Below are positions 24,303 through 36,226 of a DNA stretch of 64,000 bases, one piece after another (the first letter of the stretch is position 1; each line of letters starts with the position of its first letter). Source of the stretch: Mobula hypostoma. Lineage: Eukaryota. The notes beneath the pieces are model-generated. The model was given only the letters and a program-made list of their open reading frames with translations, had not been told where the DNA came from and ran no database searches. The stretch lies in the NCBI RefSeq assembly GCF_963921235.1, contig NC_086097.1:154692001-154756000 (forward strand). The letters run 5' to 3'. Made by a program: the position numbers and the translations under genes.

Positions 24303-24715
24303 TCGAGTGAACATGGCCTTTTCTCCTTGGAGCAACGAAGAGGTGACCTGATAGAGGTGCATAAGATGATAAGAGGCAGTGATCGTGAAATGGCTAACAC
24401 GAAAGGGCACAGTTTAAAGTGCTTGGAAGTAGGTATAGAGGAGTTGTCGGGGCAAGTTTTTTTTTACGTAGAGAGTGGTGAGTGCTTGAAATAGGCTGCT
24501 GGTGACAGTTGTGGAGGCGGATAAAATAGAGTCTTTTAAGAGACTCTTGGATAGGTACATGGAACTTAGGTCTTTTAAGAGACTCTTGGATAGGTACATG
24601 GAGGGCTATGGGTAACCCTTGGTAACCCTTGGTAATTTCTAAAGTAACTACATGTTCGGCACAGCATTGTGGGCCAAAGGGCCTGTATTGTGCTGTATAT
24701 TTTCTATGTTTCTAA
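24303..24715 (+). mobile_element. CR1 3' fragment with local tandem duplications
   Basis: CR1 3' end with a tttctatg tail. A 33-bp unit gtcttttaagagactcttggataggtacatgga is duplicated and ggtaaccctt is repeated. Confidence 0.75.
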
Positions 24716-25021
24716 AAGTCAGTTAACTCCATTATGTGGTACAGCACAATCACTAGTTTCCAACTGCTGTATAACTGTTAGTATTTTCTAAGTTCTCCAT
24801 TCATTAATTCCTTTCACAAAAATGCATAATTTTCTAATCTGACAACAACCATGAGTTGTTTTTGTTTGTTCCTTGGAGATAGGTGACCTCATTTTGTTAT
24901 TCAGAGAAACGTAACTTTTTTTTAAGAATTATTAGTTCAATATAGTGAGGTACCTGTGCACTGTGCTAATTATAAATTTACACTTTCCAAAATGAATGAC
25001 TTGGTCTTCTGCCTCAGTCAT

Positions 25022-25825
25022 TCACATAGCGAAGTAACGACTGATCACTTCAGGTCCACCCCTGCATACTTTAGGAGGAGGGGATTCGAGTGGATTACCC
25101 TCAAAGTTTGAAGAAGAGTGGCTGCAGCCCCAATCAAGATTGACGAGGTGCCCAAATTGGATGGGAAGGCTCCTTAGGCTATTATTTCCCAGCCAGAGGG
25201 TGCGCAAGTTTGTGAGACTGCAGATAGAATCAGGCAGGCTCTGCAATGCATTAAAATACAGGAGCATGATCTCCAAAGACTTTAGGTTGCAAATGCTGTG
25301 GGGGATGAACTTTATCTTGTTGTCACAGGCATCCAGAAATTTTAAGCGGCGGAGCTGGCACACCTGGCCAGGGATCTCCAGGAAATTATTGTTGGCCAAA
25401 TGCAGGCTCTGCAACTTTTGCAGCTTTTCTATTTCAACAGGCAGGCAGATCAGCTGGTTGTTACTGAGGGTCAGAGCTTCCAGGTTTTTCAGGGCCCCAA
25501 TCTCAGGTGGGATCTCCCGCAGTTCATTGGTGTCCAAATTCAGCACAGTAAGGGCAGACAGCTGACCAATTTCTTGAGGGACAGTGCCCATCCTATAATT
25601 CAAGCAGCTTTCCCACTTTGGACTCATCTCCAGCACTTGAAGCTCCCTCAAGTCAAATATCTCCTGAGGAACTGATTGTAGCTCTTTGCCCTTTAGCTTT
25701 AATTTCTTCTTGCCATTGTTAAAGGCATCATCCTCAATCCTGTACTTCCAAAAGTTTTGCACGGCGCCACCAGCAGAATAAAGTAACTGACTGCTCTGAG
25801 AGGATTTCAATTGCTGTGCAGACAT
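25022..25825 (-). CDS. Leucine-rich-repeat protein, 267 aa, intronless CDS (about 8 LRRs plus C-terminal cap)
   Basis: Intact ORF with repeated LxxLxLxxNxLxxLP units and a C-cap [23 protein letters not shown] splice acceptor ttctgtaaatgtag lies 13 nt upstream of the ATG. Confidence 0.9.
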   Translation of the reverse strand: MSAQQLKSSQSSQLLYSAGGAVQNFWKYRIEDDAFNNGKKKLKLKGKELQSVPQEIFDLRELQVLEMSPKWESCLNYRMGTVPQEIGQLSALTVLNLDTNELREIPPEIGALKNLEALTLSNNQLICLPVEIEKLQKLQSLHLANNNFLEIPGQVCQLRRLKFLDACDNKIKFIPHSICNLKSLEIMLLYFNALQSLPDSICSLTNLRTLWLGNNSLRSLPIQFGHLVNLDWGCSHSSSNFEGNPLESPPPKVCRGGPEVISRYFAM

Positions 25826-26099
25826 TTTGGAGACTTCCCTACATTTACAGAAATTTAAATGTATTTAACTTTCTCCAAAAAAAAAAGGCACATCTACTTA
25901 CAGATAAACACAATACTGTGTGGCAGGATCCTGAACTATCCCTTTCAGTTTTGAACAGTGTTTCAACACCCTGAATCTTATACATTGTTCTGAAGTTTAA
26001 CAAATCCTGAAAAACATATGCAGAGAACCATAACTGCCAACATGGAAATCACAAACTTCGTAACAGGTTATTGCTATGATTATACTTCCTGCTCTTCTG

Positions 26100-27420
26100 A
26101 CCATTAATCACTTTTGCCACCGATTTCCACCTTGCCCTCAAATTCACCTGGTATTCATTTTCTTTTCAGGATCTCTCTCTCTCCCCAACTTTGGAGATCC
26201 GCGATTAACCAATATCTACTAAACACCCATGAACTCCCAATAGCAGATCCTCATACCCTGTCTCCTGAAATGACAGAATCCCCTTTTCTCAAGTTCTCCA
26301 TCTCCACTCCATGTATTGACAAGATAAAATTTTCTGCTCTGACTTCTGAAGTATCCCTCTCCTTCTGGAAACATGACTTCCCCTCTGCTGTGGTTGATGG
26401 AATCCTCACACATTTTCCTCCATTTCCTGTGCTCTCATCCTCCCCTCTCCTCACACAGAACAGAGGCCCCCCTGGTCCTTTCACTTCTGCATCTCAGCCA
26501 TTTCCACCAGCTCAGATGGAATCCTATGACTAGACATATCTTCCCCTCTTCCCGACCATCCATCTGCTTTCCATACTGGCTATTCTCTCTGTGAATCCCT
26601 GCCCTGCTCACTCACCCCTCCCTGTCCCCTCGTGCTTTCCCCTGCAACCGTAACAGGTACAACACCTGTCCCTTCACCTTCTCTCTCAACACCACCCAGA
26701 TCTAAACAGCTATTCCAATTAAGCTATAGACTTCAATGCACCTCCTCCAATCTGATAAATTGCATTTGATGTCCTCGAAATAAATGGCCTGCTCTGCATG
26801 TTGAGACTAGTGTAAACATTTTTAGAGCACCTGCACTTCAACTATATCAGCCAACTTGAACTTAAGTCAAAAGTCATGCAACTCCTTTTCCCATTCCGAC
26901 TTGTCTGACCTCAGCCTTCTCTACTGCAACAGTGAGGCCAAACACAATACTAAATAAAAACACTTCACATACTGTCCAGATGGTCTACAGCCATGTTACA
27001 CCTTTTCCATTCCTTCCCCACTCACTGCTACGACCTGTTATCCTCCTCACCTGGTTCCATCTGGCCATTACCTCATTCTTCTAAACTTAGTTTGCTTCTT
27101 CCTTGATTCACCTTCCTATCTTTTCCCACACCTGATTCTATCTGCCCATGATCTCTTCCTTACCAGCCTCCGTATCAGTGCTTCCCCTACCCAAACCTGG
27201 TTCCATCTGCCCAAATTCAAGACCTCACAGCCAACAACTTGGTTCCACTGATCACGTACCATCCTCTGTCTCACCCCTGTCTTTCACTTTTATATATCAG
27301 CCATCTTACATCAACACTCTCAGTCCTAATACAGGGTCTCAACTTTAAATCTCAACCATCCATTTTCATTCACATGTTATTTGACCTGCTGAGCCCTACC
27401 TACAGTTCATGCTTAGCATT
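26100..27420 (+). mobile_element. Heavily decayed Penelope-like element 3' fragment
   Basis: Remnants resemble the GIY-YIG region at 48820-49240 (ccctgcaacc..., cagtgaggccaaac...), followed by a pyrimidine-rich tract and the terminal motif. Confidence 0.55.
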
Positions 27421-27624
27421 TGTCCTTCTCCTTTTGGTCAATGTGAGTCCCACAAAGAAATAAAAAGGTGTGAGTTAGCCTCTTTTCTTCAGACTAACAA
27501 ACTTTTGAATGGCGCCGTGTAGTCCTTCTGGATTTGCAGGGTGGGATTGTGGCACCACTGTCCAAGTGAACTACAACTTTTAGATATTGTGTGTGGTCAT
27601 TCCAGAAAAAATGTTCCTTTTGGA

Positions 27625-29345
27625 ATCAAAAGGTAGAGCATAGTGCAACTAATGTTCTGAGCTGTGTATATTTAAAAGCAAGTAATATTATAGAAAAGGC
27701 AGGTGACCTCAGGGCATGGATCAGTACATGGAATTCTGATATTGTAGCCATTAGTGAGACTTGGCTTCAGGAGGGGCAGCTCAATATTCTAGGGTTCTGC
27801 TGTTTTAGATGTGACAGAGTGGGAGGGATTAAAGAGGGAGGGTGGCATTAGTCACAGAAAATGTCAGGGCAATGCTCAGCCAGGACAGACTGGAGAACTC
27901 GTGTAGTGAGGCTTTATGGGTGGAACTGAGGAATAAGAAAGTACAACCATGTTAATGGGGCTATGCTACAGACCATGCAATAGTCTTCAGAACCAAGAGG
28001 AAAAAGATTATAGAAAAATCACAGACTTTTGCAAGATATATGAGTATTTGGATCGCCATGGATTGGTTAGGGATAGTCAGCATGGCTTTGTGCATGGTAT
28101 GTTGTGTCTAACTAATCTCAAAGATGTTTTTGAGGAAGATACCAGGAAAGTTGATAGAGCAAGGCAGTGGATGTTGTCTACATGGATGTTAGCAAGGCAC
28201 TTGACAAAGGCACTGATTCAGTCACTTGGTATTGAAGATTAGGTAGTAAACTGGATTAGACACTGGCTTTGTGGGAAAAGCCAGAGAGCGGTAGTAAATG
28301 CTTGCTTCTCTAACTAGAGATCTCTGACTAGTGGAGTGCCACAAGTATCGGTGCTGGGTTAATTCTTGTTTGTCATCTGTATCAATGATCTGGATGATAA
28401 TATGGTTAACTGGATCAGCAAATTTGTGGATTTCACCAAGGTTGGGCTGTTCTGGACAGCAAGGAGGATGATCAGAGCTTTCAGCAGGACCTAGACAAGG
28501 TGGAAAAATGGGCTGAAAAATGGCAGATGGGATTTAATGCAGATAAGTGTGAGGTGTCACACTTCGGTAGGACCAACCAGGATAGGTCTTATACAGTGAA
28601 CAGTAGATCACCGAAGGGTGCAGTAGAATGAAGAGATCTGGGAATACAGGTCCATAATTCATTGAAGGTGGTGGCACAGGCAGATAAGGTGGTAAAGAAA
28701 GGTTTTGGCATATTGGCCTTCATAAATCAAAGTACTGAGTACAGGAGATGAAATATTATGTTGAAATTGTATTAGACATTGGTGAGACCTAATTTGGAGT
28801 ATTGTGTGCAGTTTTGGTCACCTACCTGCAGGAGAGATGTAAACAAGTTTGAAAGAGAACAGGGAAAATTTACAAAGATGTTGCCGGGTCTGGGGGACCT
28901 GAGTTACAGGGAAAGATTGAATAGGTTAGGACTTCATTCCTTGGAATGTAGAGATTGAGGGGAGATTTGATAGAGGTATACAAAATTATGAGGGGTACAG
29001 ACAGGGTAAATGCAAGCAGACATTTTCACCATGGTTGGGTTGAACTATAACTAAATATCATAGGTTAAGGGTGAAAGGTGAGAAGTTTAAGGGGAACATG
29101 AGGGGAAACTTCTTCACTCAGAGGGGTGTAAGGGTGTGGAACAAGCTGCCAGCACAAGTGGTGCATGCCAGCTCGATTTCAATATTTAACAGAAGTTTAG
29201 ATAGATACATGGATAGTAGGTGTTTGCAGGGCTATGGTCCTGGTCCAGGTCCAGGTCGATGGAAGTGGGGAGTGGGCAGTTTAAATGGTTCGGAACAGAC
29301 TAGACGGGCCGAAGGGCCTATTTCTGTGCTGTATTTTTCTACTGG
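27625..29345 (+). mobile_element. Decayed, internally deleted CR1 LINE ORF2
   Basis: DIVAISETWL (endonuclease), SQHGFVHG and GVPQ (RT), and the C-terminal MRGNFFTQR. Confidence 0.85.
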
Positions 29346-29379
29346 TGCGTTTGGAGTTAAACGCAATCTACACTAGATA

Positions 29380-30130
29380 GAATTTCGTGACCCAGATGAA
29401 CTTTGCAACAAGCTAGTTGCAATCACTAAAAAAGAGCTGTGTTGTTTTTGCGAATTAAACGTTAATTGCATTTAATTCCACAGTTGCTATAAATAGGCTG
29501 CCTAATGGTAGACCTTTTCCATTCCTTCTCCGGTCGCTATCAAGACCTGTTACCCAGTTTCCCACGAAACGCGATTGTACTCAGTTCAACTTCAAGCGTT
29601 TCATTATCATAAAATATAATTATCATACTATTCATATGTATAAACTATCAATATAAACGTAAAGGGCAGTAAACACCTACCTTCACTCTGCCCGACAACA
29701 CCCTACCTCCAGCCACTCGGCCGTTGCCACCATTTTCCAGTGGTTGTAACTTTCCGCCAGCGGGCCAGAGCTCGGGGGTTGGAGGAGGCAACAGCCAGAA
29801 GCGGTGATGGACAAGCTGGCGACGGCAGATCGCTCGGAAACTGCTCGAGTCGCGTCCTGCCGTTGCCATGGTGCTCAGAGCGGTGCACCGACACTTGCAT
29901 TCTTTTTCGCGTCGTGGTTGATTTATTCATGAATTTCAATGTCAGTTTATTCATAAACCCCAGAAATGTGCAATGTTTTGTTTCTTTGGAGCTGTGACTG
30001 TGAAATCGAATCCAAATGTTGGATAGACACATAGTGAATCAAACTTTTTCGATGTCAATTTTCAGCTGCTGACTACGAGCTCCCATTGCAAGAAAAATCT
30101 CCTGAATACCGGGCGGGCGTGTGCGTGTGC
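29380..30130 (-). promoter_or_regulatory. CpG-rich non-repetitive island; putative promoter and non-coding first exon of the LRR gene
   Basis: Marked CpG enrichment against the AT-rich background. GC box gggcggg at 30111, X-box-like GTTGCCATGG at 29862, and minus-strand donors GAG|GTAGGG (29707/29706) and AAG|GTAGGT (29681/29680). Confidence 0.6.
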
Positions 30131-30665
30131 AGGTGTTCATTAAACAAAAAGTAGCCAAGAATAATTATTGTTCTACCCTACTTGACTCTTCCCTATCTTG
30201 ATCGGTCGCAGCTCAGCTGTAATGGTAACTGCTCTGCTCTGGACCGACAGGGAGTGGTAAACACAGCCCAATCTACGGGTTTATCACGCTTCCTTCCATC
30301 TAGGCCATCTTCACTCTGTTTGGCTTCAGTAAGACTCTTGGTATTGTCAAAGATGCCTGCTAACCTGGCCATTCCCTTTTCTCTCTCCTATTTTCTGGCA
30401 GAAACTACTGGAGCTTGCAAACATGGACACTGAGATTTTAGAACAACCTCTGCACTGCAATCTCCTCTTTCACAGACGCTTCCTGCTGGTACTGTCATTC
30501 TTTGAACTCTTAATTCAACTTTGTCAATTTTCCATTATTGTCACAAGAGCATTTCTTTGTGGTCTACTTCATGCTATACTGTTTGTTGTCGTATTTATTA
30601 CTACAATGTAGAATATTTACTCTGTGAGCTACATGCAAGCAAGGAATTTCATTGGATACTGTTGT

Positions 30666-31815
30666 ACACTCAATGGCCACATATTAGACAATTTGCTACA
30701 CCTGTTTGATAATGCAAATATCTACTTAGCCAATCATGTGGCAGCAACTCAATATATAAAAGTATGAAGACATGGTCAAGAGGTTTTGTGTTATGAAATT
30801 GTGGATGGCATTGCAAAGTCTTCCTTACAGAGCAGGCAAATAGAAATTAGAGTTCCCCTAGGCCGAGCAGAATTGAGAAGTCGGATTAAAAAAGGTATAG
30901 AGAAGAAGTGGCAGGAGGATTGGAAAAATGAATTAAGGGGCAGGCATTATTTTTCTAGTCACCCACTAGTTAAAAATGTCTCAGACTGTTACCTTTTAAG
31001 TCGTAGAGATATGGTGAAATTTACAAGACTTAAGTTGGGGCATTGTGGGCTAAGCTATTATTTAAAGATAATAGGAAAACATCCTACTGGATTATGTGAC
31101 TGTGGTAGTCCAGAGACAGTCCAGCATGTTTTGCTGAGCTGTAATCGATACAAAATTGAAAGAAGCATGCTGTTCAAGAGGCTATCTGGCTTAAATTTAT
31201 TTTGGTTTTCTATTCAATCTTTGTTTGGCCATCAAGAGAATCAACATCTGATTGAAGAGTCTATTATTCAGTTTATACGTGAGACTAGGTTGTGTTCGAG
31301 AATTTGAGTTCCTTGAAGTTCTGTAATTAATTATACATCCTGTGGAGGGCTGTAATATGCCTAGATGTGGCTAAACAGCCCGAAATAGAAGAAGAAGAAG
31401 AAGTTGTTGTTGAAGTTGTTGTTGTTGTTCTGTTGTTGTTCAGACCAAGCATCAGATTGGGGAAGAACTGTGATCGAAGTGGCTTTGTGGATTGATTGTT
31501 GATGCCAAATAGGGTGGATTGAATTTCTGCCTGGGATTTTCGCACATAAGAGTCTCTAGACTTTACAGAGAATGTTGTGAAAAACAAACAAAAACATTGA
31601 ATAAGCTGCAGTTCTGTGAGTGAGTACCCCTTGTTAATGAGAGAGGTCAGGGAAAAATGGCCAGACTGGTTCAAGCTGACAAGAAGACAATAGCATAGTG
31701 TGTGAAAGAGCATCTCTGAGTGCACAGCATATTGAACCTTGAAGAGGCTGGGCTACAGTAGCAGAAGATCTGGAGCATACAGAGAACATGCCCTCAATGG
31801 CTTCTTTATTAGGGA
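30666..31815. mobile_element. Tc1-type MITE interrupted by a LINE fragment
   Basis: Starts tacactcaatggccac. The body matches 1945-2693 (ccttgttaatgagag...ggttcaagctgaca). Confidence 0.65.
30787..31403 (+). mobile_element. I-group (Nimb/I-like) LINE 3' fragment
   Basis: ORF ...KWQEDW...TRLKLGH...LCDCGSPETVQHVLLSC (post-RNase H region and CCHC knuckle), with a (GAA)n tail at 31388-31403. Confidence 0.75.
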
Positions 31816-31837
31816 GCTCCTGTATTTCAAAAAAATA

Positions 31838-32952
31838 TTTTTTTTATTTCAAAATATACTTTATTCAAAAATAAAATTATAAACAATAAACCATTCAATA
31901 ACTTTCCATCCTTTAAATACATTTCCATTATAGTCTGTACATAAGGCCACCCATGTGGCACTCCAGTAGTTCAGCTTACTATATCATTGTTGAGGGGTAT
32001 ACTCCCCGCCACCCGACCCCTCCCACTCCCACGGGTGGAGAAACCTACACCACGGTCCTTCCCTACCGGGCCCTTGCGGTGGCTGCACTGAGTTTCAGTG
32101 CGTCCCTCAGCACGTACTCCTGCAGCCGAGAATATGCCAGTCGGCAGCATTCTCCCACGGACATCTCCATGTGCTGGTAGATCATCAAGTTTCGGGCTGA
32201 CCAAAGAGCATCTTTCACCGAGTTGATGATCTGCCAGCAGCACCAGATGTTGGTCTCCGTGTGCATCCCCGGGAACAGCCCGTAGATCAGGGAGTCCTCT
32301 GTTACACACCTGCTGGGGATGAAACGTGACACTAGCCCATCCATCCTCCTCCACACCCTCCCTGCGAACTGACAGTGTGCGAAGAGGTGGGTCACAGACT
32401 CCTCCTCACTGCAGTCCTCCTGTGGGCAGTGGGGTGCGGAGACAACGTTCCGGGCATACAGGAGGGCTCTAACTGGGAGGGCCCCTCTCACCGCCAGGTC
32501 TTGGTGCCTGTTGGTGAGATCTGGCGATGAGGTATTTTGCCAGATGAACTGGACGGTCTGCTCAGGGAACCACCCCACTGTGTCCATCACGTCCTTCTCA
32601 CCCGAGCTGTCTTCAGATTCATCTGGGGATCCAAGATGGAGCGGGTGAGACAGACCGTCATGCACAAGTCCCTGGACAACGGGGGCAAGAACGTCCCCAA
32701 TGTCGCCCTCACCCTGATGGCCAGCTTCGTATGTGGCTGCATCAGGTTGTGTGTAGAACCCAGGTATGTGGGCACCAAGTACCACTATGTGTCCAGGTTC
32801 TACCTGTCGCCCTGGCTACGAAGGATGAGTCTGGCCCCACTCCCGCGCAACACCCCTGTCAGCTGGTCGTTGCTGGCATACCTGTCCTACATAGAAAAGT
32901 TCTTCCAGGAGAACGCCTTTGACCACAGGGCCATCAGGCAGTGGTCGACACG
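31838..32952 (-). mobile_element. Tx1/L1-clade LINE, 5'-truncated, with 5' inversion
   Basis: Minus arm carries a zf-RVT motif CPQEDCSEEESVTHLFAHC, AATAAA and a poly(A) remnant. Plus arm reads RAVFRFIWGSKMERV...DNGGKNVP. Approximate TSD tcaaaaaaa(a)tat. Confidence 0.85.
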
Positions 32953-34704
32953 TAATCTCAAAAAAAATATACAACAATAAACTAATTGAAATCTTGTCTT
33001 TGAATTGTCTTGCTAAGCTATTTAAGAGGGCAGATAAATGTTAACCACATCATGGATCTGATAGGCCAGAGCAAATAAGGCAGGTTCTCTTCATCACAGA
33101 ACACTAATAACCCCTATAATGGAAAAGCAGGAAAAACAGTACCCTGGGTGAAGTGGAAGAGAGTAATTTTAAACAAAGATTTTATAATTTTTCTGCAAAT
33201 TTAACACTATTGCATAATTCACTGGGCATAAACATTGTGATATATAATAAGCAGCACTTTTTTCATCTTGTCAATATTTCATTATAATTTAAAAATTCAA
33301 AAGAAACTATCGGCTGCCCAGGTCTATATTTATCCTAATTTTACACCTAGCTGTTCAGCTGAGGTAATTCAGAGATATGAATGAATGTAGGACCAGATCA
33401 TATTATACTTGTCTCGCTGCCTAGATTCATCACTTACGATTGCTGGCTGGACCTAATGTCACCTGATGCAGAGGGTTTGGGCTTGAAGCATTGAGAGCAG
33501 ATCTCAGGCAATATATTATGAAGCCCCATACCCAGAATATTGTGACAGTGTTACCATAAACTCACTGTCAATGACATTTGAATTCATTTTAAGTGCCTAA
33601 TTGAAATGTCTAAAACTATTCAAATATATTTAAATTATGAAATAAATACATTTGATTAAAAATACCTTAAAAGCCAAAAATCATTAAAGTTAAACAATGC
33701 ATACATTTGCCTGCACTCACCTTTACAATTAATTTTGATGTCCCCCATGCCAATTAATTCTCATCTGTACACCAGCACTCTGCCACAAAGCAAGAATCAG
33801 ATGTAGAATGTATCTACATCCTCTCTTTGACATGTTCAACATTTCATTTCTTGAAATATCACAATCTGAAAAAAAAATTTCCAATAGCATTCCACAAATT
33901 GTTTTTCTATGATATCATTGCTAGTTTGGCTAGTCCAATCAATAAGTAGATTAAAATCTCCCATGAAAATTACAATTCCCTTCAAGCATGCACTTGATAT
34001 TTCCCTGTTTATCTCTGACCCTTTGAGAAGTCATAGCTTGGGTGTTTATAGACTGTTCCCACCCTTGTCTTCCTTCCCCTGCTGCTCGTTTAAACCCAAA
34101 CTGATTTCACATCATTACTCACTGCCTTTATAGCATGATTCAGCACTGCTCTGGTATCTTCCTTTAATAACAATACCTCCCCGCCTCCTTTCAGCAAGAT
34201 TACAGTGAACCTGGGTGTCTTGAAAAAAATAGATGTAATTCTGAGGATAGTTGGGATGCTACAGAAGTACTTTAGCTGGGCCAGGAAGACAACTAATACT
34301 TTGACTAAGCACAAAAGAATAAGGTGTAGAGTTAGCCTGACTGGATAGGCACTGCATTTCAAAATGGTCCAGTTTGGGTTATTTTAATCACGTATAGTTT
34401 GTGTTACATGAGGTTACACACAACACTCCAGATAGCTAATAATTACTACTTAAGCATATAAGTACAGGGTTCTGTTGAGGACCATGAATTAAACTGTTAT
34501 ATTGAATGTATGGCGCAGAACCATGTTACCTTAGATCTACAGAGGGATTTTAACAATATCATCAGATGCCAAATGCATGAGGTTATGAATTTTGAGCTGC
34601 CCATATTCATGATGAGAATGAGAATGTTAGCAAGCTGGATTTTAGTTAGAAAAGAGTGACACGTGATATGTTACTATGTAACCCCATCCCTACCTAACTA
34701 ATAG

Positions 34705-35130
34705 AAGACCATAAGGCATAGGAGCAAAATTAGCTCATAGACTATCGAGTCTGTTCCACCACTTGATCATGGCTGATCCATTTTCCTCTCAACCCCATTC
34801 TCCTGCCTTCTTCCTGTAACCTTTCATACCATGACTTATCAAGAATCCATCAATCTGCCTTAAATACAGCTAATGACCTGGTCTCCACAGGGGGCAGTGA
34901 ATTCCAAAGCTTTTCCACTCCCTAGCTGAAAAATTCCTCTTCATCTCCATTCTGAATGGACTCTGTTCTATTCTGAGGATGTGTCCTCTGATCCTAGACT
35001 TCCCCCACCACAGGAAATATCCTCTCTATTGAGGCCTTCCAACATTCGATAGGTTTCAATGAGATCCCCCCTCATTCTTCTGAATTCCAGTGAGTACAGG
35101 CCCAGAGCCATCAAATGCTCCTCATATAAA
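34705..35130 (-). mobile_element. CR1 3' fragment (outermost layer of a nested cluster; resumes at about 42380-42510)
   Basis: CR1 tail at 34705-34730. The sequence breaks at tgctcctcatataa and continues at gcctttcaatcccagaatc. Confidence 0.75.
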
Positions 35131-36226
35131 GGCATGCTGCAATTAAATCAAAAAGCAACAAATACTGGACAGAAAGTGTTATATTTGAATGCACACAGCA
35201 TAAGAAATAAAATGGACAATCTTGAAATTCAGCTACAGATTGGCAAGTGTGACGTTGTGGCCATCTCTGAAATTTGGCTAAAGGATGGTTTCCACTGGGA
35301 GCTGAACGTCCAAGAATATATGGTGCTTTGGAAAGACAGGTTAGTAGTCAGAGGGGGTGGCGTGGCCTTGTGTATAAGAAATAATGTTAAATTGTTAGAA
35401 AGGGATGACATAGGATCAGAATGTGTAGAGTCTTTATGGGTTGAGTTAAGAAATGGCAAGGGTAAAAGGACCCTAATGGCAGTTGTATACAGGCCTCCAA
35501 ACAGTAGCTGGAATTTGGATTACACATTATAACAGGAGATTGAAAAAGTGTGTCTGAAGAGCAATGTCATGATAATTATTTGGGATTTTAACATGAAAGT
35601 GGATTGGGAAAACCAGGCCAGTACTGGACCTCAAGAGAGAGACTTTGTAGAATGTCTAGGGGATGGCTTTTTAGAACAGCTTGTTGTTGAGCCCACAGGA
35701 GGATCGGCTGTGCTGGATTGAGTGTTGTGCAATGATCCAGCGATGATAAGAGACCTTAAGGTTAAGGAACCCTTAGGGAACAGTGATCACAATATGATCA
35801 AGTTCACTTTGAAATTTGAAGAGAAACTAAATTCCAATGTGTTGGTATTTCTGTGGAATAGAGGAAATTACAATGGCGTGAGAAGGGACTGGCCAAGGCT
35901 GACTGGAAAGAAACTCCAGCAGGAAGGACAGCAGAGCAGCAATGGTTGGAGTTTCTTTAAAAAATGAGGGAAGTGCAAGATAGATATATTCCAAATAAGA
36001 AAATTTTGAATGGAAGAACCGTGGCTGACAAGTGAAGTTAGAGCCAAAGTAAAAGCAAAAGAGAGGGCAGACAAGGAAGCCAGAGCTAGTGGGAAGATAG
36101 AAAATTGGGAAGCTTTTAAAAATTTGCAGAAGGAAACTAAGAAAGTCCTTAGGAAGGAAAAGATGAATTATGAAATGAAGCTAGCAACTAATATCAAAGA
36201 AGATACTAAAAGCTTTTTTTTAAGTA

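Noticed and set aside
29648..29869. ORF MATAGRDSS... (strong Kozak context) as a coding first exon of the LRR gene
   Set aside because: Its donors are phase 1 and phase 0, but the acceptor 13 nt before the LRR ATG needs phase 2. At most it is a uORF, and the ATG coincides with the X-box-like motif.
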